A stretch of DNA of 55,716 bases from Porphyridium purpureum (lineage: Eukaryota). The notes beneath the pieces were generated by a model. The model did no database searches and was not told where the DNA came from. It saw nothing but the letters and a program-made list of their open reading frames with translations. A program made the position numbers and the translations under genes. Each line of letters opens with the position of its first letter. Within the stretch, counting starts at the first letter, position 1. This document shows, piece after piece, positions 1-9,344 of the stretch. The stretch lies in the NCBI GenBank assembly GCA_008690995.1, contig VRMN01000004.1, positions 1,798,001-1,853,716 on the forward strand, read 5' to 3'.

Positions 1-2
1 GT

Positions 3-620
3 GTCATCCGAGAAATGCTGAAGATGATGGCAACGAGTACTACCTGGGTTCGAGATCTTCCGCTGTACGAGTTCGCGTACAATTCCGCACCAAGCAGTTC
101 TACCGGACATGCTCCGTTCAAAGTCGTATACGGCAGAGAACCATGGTATCCACCAGCAGGTGGATGGACGCATGCACAACATGGGCAGACAAAAGATTTG
201 GCGAAGCATTGGCATCGTTTATGTCAGGTACAAGAAGAGGTTCGAGACAATCTGGTTGAAGCCCAGCGCCGGATGCAAAAGTTCTTCGACCGTACCAAAA
301 TCAAACGCGGATTCGAAGTTGGCGACCAAGTGCTGATTACGGCACCACAACTGCGACCAGGAAAAGCTAACCTGGAAAGTCAGCGCTTTCTCGGCCCCGT
401 ACGCATCGTCGAAAAGATCAGCAGTCACGCCTATCGAGTCAAATTGCCGGAAGGGTTGACTTGCCATGATGTCTTTCCGATCCAACACATGAAGCCATAC
501 TACAGTCGAAACGAACGAACTTTAGGGGAAAATGATGACGAAGTACCCGACCAAGATATCCTTGCGTTAGAGTCCGAACCGGACTTGCTACGACTCATTG
601 ACCAATCAGACACTGACTAG
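3..620 (+). CDS. pol: Gypsy Pol C-terminus: end of integrase core plus SH3-like domain (5' partial)
   Basis: Frame open from position 3. Motifs WVRDLPLYEFAYNSA..STG.APF.VVYGR (gypsy integrase) and FEVGDQVL...GP.RIVEKI...AYRVKLP....HDVF....MKPY (Tf2-type SH3). Confidence 0.9.
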   Translation, partial: VIREMLKMMATSTTWVRDLPLYEFAYNSAPSSSTGHAPFKVVYGREPWYPPAGGWTHAQHGQTKDLAKHWHRLCQVQEEVRDNLVEAQRRMQKFFDRTKIKRGFEVGDQVLITAPQLRPGKANLESQRFLGPVRIVEKISSHAYRVKLPEGLTCHDVFPIQHMKPYYSRNERTLGENDDEVPDQDILALESEPDLLRLIDQSDTD

Positions 621-723
621 TTATGTGAATCTGCCGAGCAGAGGTTTTCTCCCGGTGCGCGGGTTCCTCGAGCTCAGAAAGCAGAAATTATTGTTTTGCC
701 GGACACTCGTCGAGACGTCGAGT

Positions 724-738
724 GAAGCCGGGGGGAAA
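724..738 (+). other. Polypurine tract of gypsy element
   Basis: GAAGCCGGGGGGAAA directly abutting the LTR's TG at 739. Confidence 0.85.
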
Positions 739-1074
739 TGTTATCCGCCGACCCCGCGGATACCTAGTCTTGCGGGATCCTTGCTGTGGCCTTGCTGTGG
801 CCTTGCTGTGGCCTTGCTGCGGCCTTGCTGGAACCTTGCTGTGGCCTTGCTGGAACCTTGCTGGAACCTTGCTGGAACCTTGCTGTGGCCTTGCTGGTGC
901 ACTGTCATTTTTCTCACAGTGCTACCCGGCGAGCTGGAGAACACGGGGCGGCAGTCTATATAAAGGCGTGGAGACCCGCGAGCAGGCTCGGGGACAGAAA
1001 GGAAGAAGAGAGAGAGGTAGCGAAGGGGAGAGAAGAAGGAGAGGAAAAGTAAAAGGAAAAGGAGGTTCATAACA
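739..1074 (+). repeat. Gypsy 3' LTR (336 bp)
   Basis: Inverted termini TGTTAT/ATAACA, internal TATATAAA at about 957, homologous to the solo LTR at 13157-13537. Confidence 0.92.
779..899 (+). repeat. 11-bp tandem array in LTR U3 (CCTTGCTGTGG / CCTTGCTGGAA), 11 units
   Basis: Read directly from the sequence. Confidence 0.95.
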
Positions 1075-2985
1075 ACCAGCCTGTGATGGCCAATTTGTAC
1101 GCGTCGCTGCCGAAACGAATATTCGACTGTGCGTGTCTTCAAGGCGCGTACGTGCAAGGAAACCGCGACCAATTCCGATTCTCTATGGCTGAGTAATGGC
1201 CATAAATGTGCCGTGTCCCCTATCCGTTTCGACCTATTCCACATTCCCTTTTCACCGGACCTCTTTCCCTTTTATAGTAAAGCAGATCATTTTACTAGTA
1301 AAACTTGAAAAAAGGTACTGTCCCCTATTTGATTTGGTCGCACTTTATTCGCTGGAGCATTGTTGCCGCCTATCGCTGGCGCGTCTGAAGCGGGCATTTG
1401 ACCGGCTACATGTCTGTAATTTGGCTCTTGAAAAACATGTGGCGATATTTGACTTGCAGGATTATGCTTTGGGACTTTTATTCGCCGAAAATCATTTGAT
1501 CGGGCGAGATATCTCTGTACCCGTGACATGTACGCGTCCTTGTTGGTACTTCTCGCCGTCCAAAGCATACTGTACATGACTTCCGGGGCCCTAGCAAAAT
1601 ACCGTGTCAACCTCGAGGCCGGTGCTTGCAAACTATGTCAAGAATGCGAGGTGCACACTCGCGTGGGTACAGTTGCGTCAGGTGAGGACAAACCGTGGGA
1701 AGGTGCCGGTCCCGCTCGTCGGTGGGATCCGGCGGGCTTGATGTGATGTGATGTGACTTGACTAGTGTGGCACATGATACTGATGCAGTGTGGCACTGGA
1801 TACGGATACGGCGTGACTCGCACGTGCCAGAGCGCATCACCAAGCACCCGGTGGGCGTCTATATAACGAGGCGCGGTCGCGCACTCATGGCGGGGAGGAA
1901 CAGGCGTAAGAGTAAGGACGATGGAATAGAGACTTCTTGGTTAAAGGTTTGGTTTGAGATAGTCGTCTGCCCTTTTCGTGTGTCTCCAGTAGTGGAGTAC
2001 AGTTAGCATCGGGCTGCTAACTTTATTGTATGTTGTGTCAATAAATAAATAATGCTTCAAAGTAAATGAAGGGACGCTGCGACTCCATGTGATGGCGCAT
2101 CTGGTAGCTTACGTCTCCACTGAGCTGCGCCTTTTCAAACGTGCGTTTGTTCTCACAATGAAAAGCTTATGTCGCACACATGTAGAACTATATCAAAATG
2201 CTGAATTAGACCTGCGAAGATCTGATTCCTGCATTGATTGAAAACAAACAACCCGATTCTTGGCAACTTTACTTCACACAACAACCAACCAACGGGCAAG
2301 CGGACAGCAACACTCCTTGCCCGTGAGTGCGCTTGTCCGCGCCCTACGCTTCGCCGTGCCAAGCACATTTATATCCGCGCGCCGCCACTTCGCCTGCGTC
2401 CGCGCGTTTCTGTTGCATGTGCCCCGCGCGCCCACCACGCGGCACACGCTTTTGTAACGCCCATCCCGCGTTCACGCGTACCTATCGCCTTGCCGCACTG
2501 TTACACTAGCGGCTTGCAGTATTCTTCTTCATTGATTGTGCCGTGTGAACGCTCGCGCGAAAACATGGTGCCCAAGCTGTAGAGCACCTGTAAACTAGCT
2601 CTAATCAAGATGTCACAAATTGCGTCCTCAAAAGAGAATTCCAAGTCTCACCCATTATCTGGCCTTGTTGTGTTAGGTGACCCCTTGGCTGCGTGTGCCA
2701 TTATCTCGAATGCTGCGAATAGGACGCTGCTGGGCGCTTTCTGATGTACACCAGCGACAGCGATCCCATTTGGTGATATCGAGTACCATGGCTAGCAGAC
2801 GCCCTTGCATGTCGAGTGCGGTTTTTGCCAGCTGAATTTAATCGAATCTGTGTTCTTCCCCTAACTTTCCGCTCATATGTGTTGCAGGACAGCCTGAGAT
2901 GGGCTGCGGACCCGGGAGACGATGCGCGGGCCGTCGTAGCGAAGCGGAAGCGCGTGTAAGTCAGCGAGTGCGTGTGGCGAGTGGG

Positions 2986-3107
2986 CGCGGTGAGGGGCCG
3001 CGGTGAGGGGGCGCGGTGAGGGGCCGCGGTGAGGGGGCGTGGTAAGGGGGCGCGGTGAGGGGGCGTGGTAAGGGGGCGCGGTGAGGGGGCGCGGTGAGGG
3101 GGCGCGG
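2986..3107 (+). repeat. 13-bp G-rich minisatellite (CGCGGTGAGGGGG, variants CGTGGTAAGGGGG), 9 units plus a partial
   Basis: Read directly. Each unit has a G4-G5 run, so it is G-quadruplex-prone. Confidence 0.92.
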
Positions 3108-3515
3108 AGGTGAATTCTAGTTAAGCTTTTTTCCCTGAGGGGTTTTTTTCAGCTCTAGAGCTCGCCTATAAAAGGTCGTAAAATTAAGCTGGGATCGATA
3201 GTGACGGAAAATAAAAGGGTATGGATCTTGGGAAGAAAAGCGGAGTTCGGAAGGTTTCTGGAAGGATTCATCCGCTCGGGCAGAGAGAGCTGCCGAGTGT
3301 AAGGCTACGGGGAGTGGGGGTACAGTGGATGGGAGTGATACGGACAGGTACGTTTGCGTGAGGGTGGGACTACTTACGAAGCGTTGTTTTTTTGGTGTCC
3401 TTTTTGCGGGGCCGCAACAAAAACACCATTCTTTCTCTGTGTTGGCTGCCTCTGCGCAAGAAGATCTTCTCGAGGGCGATGCCGGAGAAGCTTATTAGGC
3501 TCGCGTCCGACTGAT

Positions 3516-4502
3516 TTATTCTACATTTGGAGACGCAGGCAAATGTGACGCACAGCGTTCGACTTCCGACCTACTTCCGAAACACGCTCCAGTGCGAACG
3601 TCGACGTCGGTCACCTCCATGTCCATAATGCGATTGGTCCCGTCAGCGCCTGCGGCGACACCACCAGCACTTTCAATTAAGAATGCAATCGGAAGCACCT
3701 CGTAGAGAAGCCGCAACTTGGCCGGCGCAACTGCCGACGTTGGATTGATGTAGATCCCGCCCTTTTTGTACATAAGTTGGTAGATGTCGGGCACGAGCGC
3801 GCCGGTATATCGCAGCGTGTACTTCTCAGACATGTAAAATTGTATGAGGCTCCCATACCCAGGATGGCTGGCGGCCGCCCGCAAATTTGCGGGTGCAAAG
3901 AGTTTGACCGTGTCTGAAAAAGCTGCCATCTCCCCCAAGAACTTCCAACCGGCGAGCGCTGCTGCGCCTCTGAGCTCGTACTGCAGCACACCGGCTTTTT
4001 CACAACCCTGGGCGCTGAGAACAAGCACGGTGCGGGGCCCATAAATTGCCATTCCGGCAGCAACCATTTGCTTGCCGGAGACACCGCGAAGCTTGTCTCC
4101 CTTCCACACACCAAAGATCGTTCCAACAGTGAAGTTGGGCCCAATCACAGACGAACCATCGAGTGGGTCAAACGCAACGCTGAACGGAGAGTCTGGGTCG
4201 CCCCCGATATCCACCTCAGATGCACTCTCCTCGGACGACGCCGTGCACACGCAGCGTGTTTGCTTCAGCGCCTTGAAAATCAGCGCGTCCGCCAGCAAGT
4301 CGATGCGAAGCTGTGCGTCGCCGAACGAATTGGCGTTACCCGCCGCGTCGACAAGTCCATCCTCGCCGGTGCGCAGCAGATCGCCAATCTCAGCACACGC
4401 GTGTGAAAGAGCGCCAAGAATCCGGCACACTTCCGCGCCTATCTTTGGTTGAAGCGCTCGCAACTCTTCCTCGATGTTTCTCGGTGGTGACGTCGTCGAC
4501 AT
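3516..4502 (-). CDS. Sedoheptulose-1,7-bisphosphatase (FBPase class I family), apparently without plastid transit peptide
   Basis: NSFGD.QL..DLLAD, SSEE, FSVAFDPLDGSS, FTVGTIFGVW.GDKL.GV.G, AIYGPRT, EKYTLRYTG.LVPD, AKLRLLYEV. These match SBPase rather than FBPase signatures. First ATG at 4502. Confidence 0.88.
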   Translation of the reverse strand: MSTTSPPRNIEEELRALQPKIGAEVCRILGALSHACAEIGDLLRTGEDGLVDAAGNANSFGDAQLRIDLLADALIFKALKQTRCVCTASSEESASEVDIGGDPDSPFSVAFDPLDGSSVIGPNFTVGTIFGVWKGDKLRGVSGKQMVAAGMAIYGPRTVLVLSAQGCEKAGVLQYELRGAAALAGWKFLGEMAAFSDTVKLFAPANLRAAASHPGYGSLIQFYMSEKYTLRYTGALVPDIYQLMYKKGGIYINPTSAVAPAKLRLLYEVLPIAFLIESAGGVAAGADGTNRIMDMEVTDVDVRTGACFGSRSEVERCASHLPASPNVE

Positions 4503-4792
4503 GGCAATATATCGAGCTAGATTTGCACTTGCTGTGCGTACTTTTCCCGTGGACCAGCGAAATATGCACAAGCACTCTTGTTGTCTGTTCCACTCACACA
4601 CCTCGCACACCGCGACGACCATCAGAAACGGAACATGAAAACCTGCAACATGTTGACTTCCTTGGGGCTGGGTTTAATCTCTGGGGGAGACGCCTCGCGT
4701 GCTTGCATGATACGCGCGAGCGCAACTTTTACGTGCGGTGCGTCTGCGTGCCTCGTGCTGGACTGCTCATACACCTTGAGCGCGGGGTATTT

Positions 4793-7700
4793 CTACATGA
4801 GCGAAAGGCTGAGTGGTCGTTTGGAGACATAGTGCATCAACGTGTCGAGCCTGCTGGTAGATTCTTCGAGCATCCGGAAAAATTCCTCGTGCATCTGCGC
4901 CTTTGTGTCCATGGCTGCGACTAGCTTCTGCGCCGCGTCAGCGTCTGGCGCACAAAGTGGACATGTTAGCCCGCCGGCACGGTTTGGCCCAGCCATGTTA
5001 TTTCTCATATTTCCAGCCGCACCGGCCACGCCACTGACTCCAGTGGCGTCATCGACGGCATCGACGCTGCTCATGATGACGCGCTTGTCCGGCGTCAGCG
5101 AAAGACGCGAACTGTCGCGCGACTGCAATGGCATTGTGGTGGTGCTCAACTCTGCGACACAAGCATAGTGAAAGGCGTGCGTACATGCGAAGTATACGAA
5201 GGGCAGCTCTATGGTAGCATCGCACGAGGCACACCGTTGAGGACTGACACAAACGGGTGCGTACAACAGCGCCATCTCTTCTTTCTGCGCGGCGCGCACG
5301 CGTGCTTCGAGCTCGGTCGCGCGTTGAGTGCTGTCCGCAGCCTCCAGCGACAGCTGCTGCACAACGCGTTCGAAGAACTCACGGACGTCGTCATACGCAA
5401 TACCAGACGCTGCCACATCATTCAGCAGCTCGGACGGTGTCATCACGCCGCGTTCAAACACCAGCTTCATAATCGACTTGAGCGCTATGCGGTCTGCATT
5501 GGATCCGACGTTATCGGGAGTGTCAAGGTCCGTGGATGACTCGGCAGACAATGGTGTAGATTGTGCAGAGCGCCCTAGAAACAGACGTAGGGCCTCAATC
5601 CACAAAAGAGGCTCGCGATCACCATGTCGACGGCACGCCTCAAGCATTGCGTCAGGGAGGTTCATGCGACGCAGAAGCACAGCAAGTTCTCTATACATGC
5701 GCAAAGACTCATACGCATACAGCAAACATGACACATGGCCATGCCGCTCTGCCAGCGCCAGGGCATCAACCAGCGGGAGAGCGCACAGAGGATTTTGGAG
5801 CGCCACAAGCGCCGCGGACCCAGCTGGCGTGAATTGCGAGTCTGCCACGCTGTGTGAGGTAGGGGAAGCGGGAGCGTGGGCTGCATGCATTCTGAGGCGC
5901 TGGTGAGGGCAGAATTGACACGCATCTACTGGATGTTCGCTTTCTGCCTCCTCAGAGCCATTGGTATCCTCCATGTCACGCTGCTGCGCCATATCGATTC
6001 CCATCAATGCGTCTATGTACACATGCCATATGCGCTCCAAGCTTGACAGTTGTACGTGCTCGCGCAATTCACCGACACGAAACAGTGCGAGAAAATGCGT
6101 CACGAGCTCTGCTCGCCAATGAGGGCAGTCGAGCAGAAGTTCACACAGCTGCTGGAAAAATTGCACAAATGGCAGCTCCTCCACGCGTGTCACTGCTTTG
6201 GATGAGGAAGCTGCTTTTCGGCGACATGCGTCGAGATCGCGATGCGTGCAACGAATGATGAGATGTACAAGCTGAGCACGACGATCGCGCAGAAGGATTC
6301 GACCAAGCTCATACCGCCGAGTACACAGAATGTGCAGAAGCTCTTCTGTGCTTGGCACGTTTCCCAGTGCGAGAATCGCATCATCTGCTCGGGGGTTCGT
6401 TGTGTCAAGCAATAGTATGCGAGCGACGTGCTCGTTTCGTCCACGCTCCGTGGCAATGCGGAGCGCCACGTCCGCCATTCCTGCGATTCGGCATGCTTCA
6501 ATAAGATCGTCTACACTGTCGCCAGACGCGTAACTAAATGGACCGGTATCGTGACCCTTGCTCAGATTAGACGCAATCTGAGCCAAGAACACGGCGTCCT
6601 CACTTTCCCTTTGCTGCCCGGCCTCATGACTGATCGAGCGCGAATCGACGCCTGCGTGCTGGTGGCTGAAGCAGGAGACAAGTAATTTCGTATGCATCCG
6701 TGTCGCCCACTTTGTTTCGTGCATCGCTTTCAAATAGCTGATGAGCGCCGAGCGCTTGCCTGTCTGGTTGATGAGCTGCTGGATAACCCAGTTTGGATTT
6801 GGGTTCGGAAGCTCCATTAAGCTGCTGTCTGTTCTTTGGCTAGCATCGCTTTGCTCAATACGTAGTAGCTTGCAAAACTCGCTCGCCGCAGCGTTGTATA
6901 GGCGCTTGCCTAGGAGGCTCTTCCCATACAATGCAGTGATGTCGTCGATCAATGCCCGCTGCTCAGCCTTGCTTCCAACGGTTTCGTCAAGGTAATCCTC
7001 GGTTTCAGCGAGTTCGCGAGCCTGCACGAAAAGGCCGCGGTCTGTCAGTACCTGCACACGTTGCCGAAGTGGGCGCTCTGTGACATAGAGCGCGCTCTGC
7101 GCCTTTTCCTGTGAATGCAAGCTCAGCACCAGGCACCCCGCCTGTTTACCGCGCGCGTCTATATTAACACACTGCCAGCTGTGCTCTCCCGGTAGCTCAA
7201 ATCCGTGGCCCATGATATCGATTTGCTTCGCGCGAAGGGCAACGACCCGATGTGCAAGATCATAAACGCTCGCACCAGCAGCTGTAGATAGCACGAGCAA
7301 GTAGTTCTCTTTGAACACGTGCGCACTTGGCTGATCTTCTGTCTGGAAAGCGAGGCACTGACCTAGTCCGTCACGTGTGAAGAAAAAGAGTCCCTCTTTG
7401 CGCGCCACCACCAGGTTGCCTTTATGCATACTCACGCATGCGCGTGAGGGCAAACCCCGCCCTTCAAGTAATTCGTGCCGCAGCGCCACGCTTGTTACGC
7501 TTCGCGTAGCCTGTGCACCTGACATACTCTCTGTACTCAGAGCGGCGACTGTGGGCAACGCATTAGCGTGCGAAGTGGAGGAATCAGAGAGAGGATCAGG
7601 GTAGGCGCTCGATGAGGATGTAGATAGCGGAACTACCTGGCCACCAATGACCTCGTCAAAAAGCAGCACGCCAATATGACGATGAGAAGCAACGAATACG

Positions 7701-8935
7701 GCCTGTTCCACACGCTGAGGTGCGCTGCTCTCTTTGCCCTTGTCCGAAGATTTGGTGCTCGCTGGCACGAAGCCAAGCCAAACAATCGCCGATGCGTGTG
7801 CTATCTTCTGATCAAGGGAACCGTCACCGCTGCCACCACTGGTGATATTGCACACTACGCGCCGCTTGGCAAGCGAACGTGGGTTGCACAAATCGCCTGA
7901 CAGAACAAGCACCGAGCCGTCGGTACAGCCCACACAAACCGACATGCGCGAGCTCGACACCGCCAGCGCGCACGGAGTCACACCGTCCGCCAGCGCTATC
8001 TCTACGACGCATACAAGATTTAAAGCATCCCTGCTATCAGCGTCGTCTGCGTCAGCTCCTGCAACGGCAGGAGCGTTTGCACTCGTGCCATTAAAGCCAA
8101 TGACGTTCTCCTTCGCGAAGTGGATCTGCGAGATCGCTGCCGGAAGCGCGTTCAGAAGCAGCGGCCGTCCGCGGTCCGCCTTGGCAACAGTGGACGCCAC
8201 ACTTTGCGGTAGCCACAGTTTCAGATTCGCTGCGCTTTTGCCCGCAGCTCTTTGTGTTCCTGAGCCGTTCGCGGCCGAATGCGTCACCTCGACACTCCTG
8301 GTCTTGTTCCTGGACTTCTCCGGCGTGCCTACGGACGCCGCAGTTGTCGCAGATGGAGCAGAGCCAGCTCGCTGAGCGTCGTCACCGATCGTTAGCACAC
8401 CATGCCGGTACCAACCGGGCGCAGTACCGATAACGCAAAAGTCGGCCAACCGCACATTATGCGGGTGGAATGAACAAGCCGAGCGCGGCATGGAGTCGGG
8501 CCGAGCCCGACTGTGCGCATGAGTCTCCGCTTGTGCAGCCAATGCGGAGTGCACTTTGTGCGAACGGAAGACATGCACAAGCTCGTTCGCCTGGGACTCG
8601 CTGTTCAAACTTCCTCCATGATCAGTGCTGGAACGCGCCGGCCCGTACGTAGAAAACGCCACAAATTCACTCGCTCCTCTCGCGCGCACGCACGCTCGCA
8701 GCACATCATCCAGCCGCGCGCCACCCGAGTCTTGGAGTGCGTCATGAGCAGAAGCCGCGCCTTTTGCTGGACTACTTGCCGAAGCGTCACCAACCGCACG
8801 TTCCGCGCTCGATGTGGGCGCCGGTGACTCGGCGCCCGCGCCATGTAACGATGTGTGCGCTTGCCCGCGCTCGCCCAGGCGCACGCAGTCTGCCTGCAAA
8901 AAGCGAAAGGAACGCCATGGCAGGGCCGTCGACAT
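4793..8935 (-). CDS. VPS11: Vacuolar protein sorting 11 (HOPS/CORVET subunit)
   Basis: N-terminal WRxFxF motif, beta-propeller-like region, helical clathrin-like repeat (HTKLLVSCF), C-terminal RING CASC..LPFVYFAC.HAFH..C...CPLC and VPS11_C-like tail HEEFF..LE......MHYVSK. ATG at 8935. Confidence 0.9.
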   Translation of the reverse strand: MSTALPWRSFRFLQADCVRLGERGQAHTSLHGAGAESPAPTSSAERAVGDASASSPAKGAASAHDALQDSGGARLDDVLRACVRARGASEFVAFSTYGPARSSTDHGGSLNSESQANELVHVFRSHKVHSALAAQAETHAHSRARPDSMPRSACSFHPHNVRLADFCVIGTAPGWYRHGVLTIGDDAQRAGSAPSATTAASVGTPEKSRNKTRSVEVTHSAANGSGTQRAAGKSAANLKLWLPQSVASTVAKADRGRPLLLNALPAAISQIHFAKENVIGFNGTSANAPAVAGADADDADSRDALNLVCVVEIALADGVTPCALAVSSSRMSVCVGCTDGSVLVLSGDLCNPRSLAKRRVVCNITSGGSGDGSLDQKIAHASAIVWLGFVPASTKSSDKGKESSAPQRVEQAVFVASHRHIGVLLFDEVIGGQVVPLSTSSSSAYPDPLSDSSTSHANALPTVAALSTESMSGAQATRSVTSVALRHELLEGRGLPSRACVSMHKGNLVVARKEGLFFFTRDGLGQCLAFQTEDQPSAHVFKENYLLVLSTAAGASVYDLAHRVVALRAKQIDIMGHGFELPGEHSWQCVNIDARGKQAGCLVLSLHSQEKAQSALYVTERPLRQRVQVLTDRGLFVQARELAETEDYLDETVGSKAEQRALIDDITALYGKSLLGKRLYNAAASEFCKLLRIEQSDASQRTDSSLMELPNPNPNWVIQQLINQTGKRSALISYLKAMHETKWATRMHTKLLVSCFSHQHAGVDSRSISHEAGQQRESEDAVFLAQIASNLSKGHDTGPFSYASGDSVDDLIEACRIAGMADVALRIATERGRNEHVARILLLDTTNPRADDAILALGNVPSTEELLHILCTRRYELGRILLRDRRAQLVHLIIRCTHRDLDACRRKAASSSKAVTRVEELPFVQFFQQLCELLLDCPHWRAELVTHFLALFRVGELREHVQLSSLERIWHVYIDALMGIDMAQQRDMEDTNGSEEAESEHPVDACQFCPHQRLRMHAAHAPASPTSHSVADSQFTPAGSAALVALQNPLCALPLVDALALAERHGHVSCLLYAYESLRMYRELAVLLRRMNLPDAMLEACRRHGDREPLLWIEALRLFLGRSAQSTPLSAESSTDLDTPDNVGSNADRIALKSIMKLVFERGVMTPSELLNDVAASGIAYDDVREFFERVVQQLSLEAADSTQRATELEARVRAAQKEEMALLYAPVCVSPQRCASCDATIELPFVYFACTHAFHYACVAELSTTTMPLQSRDSSRLSLTPDKRVIMSSVDAVDDATGVSGVAGAAGNMRNNMAGPNRAGGLTCPLCAPDADAAQKLVAAMDTKAQMHEEFFRMLEESTSRLDTLMHYVSKRPLSLSLM

Positions 8936-9344
8936 GTTTAACTGATGCAAGCGCTAAGTTTCGACTTGGACCGACAAACCCCTTGAACAGGCTTGGGGCT
9001 CGCTTCACTCGAAGCTGATGCGTTGTGCGCGCGACCAGAGTTTATGGAAATGTGGGGGAGTTTGACGGTCGTGTCCACCCTGCAGGGGCACTCAGATAAG
9101 ATGTGGGCAGTACATATTTCGCTAGCCCAGCTCGCGCACACTACGCAGTGCCGATAGGCTGTCCGGGGTGACCGCGCATCGCTGGTTGTACCAAAGCGAC
9201 CGACGGGCCGTCTCACTGCGAGTTATGGCGCCGGCTCCGTTGCTAAATCATTTACATTTGCATACCGTGTAAACTTCCTCGCGTGGTATCTCTGGAGGGC
9301 TGCACGGAGCGCCCGCGCGCCAGAACGCTTTAACTCTGTAGCCT

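Larger units (their letters stand above)
1..1074 (+). mobile_element. Ty3/gypsy LTR retrotransposon, 3' end (truncated by window start)
   Basis: Integrase C-terminus ORF, then polypurine tract 724-738, then a TGTTAT...ATAACA-bounded LTR. A homologous LTR occurs at 13157-13537. Confidence 0.93.

Noticed and set aside
779..899. CRISPR-like appearance of short repeats (also 13321-13485, 2986-3107, 40226-40282)
   Set aside because: Units are directly tandem with no unique spacers, there are no cas genes, and the context is eukaryotic.
598..1244. ORFs with LLWPCCGLAVA / QQGHSKATARP repeats (also 13159-13681)
   Set aside because: These are translations of the 11-bp LTR array, not genes.
1683..2059. 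Possible solo LTR (TG...CA, TATATAA, AATAAA repeats)
   Set aside because: No TSD and no second copy in the window.
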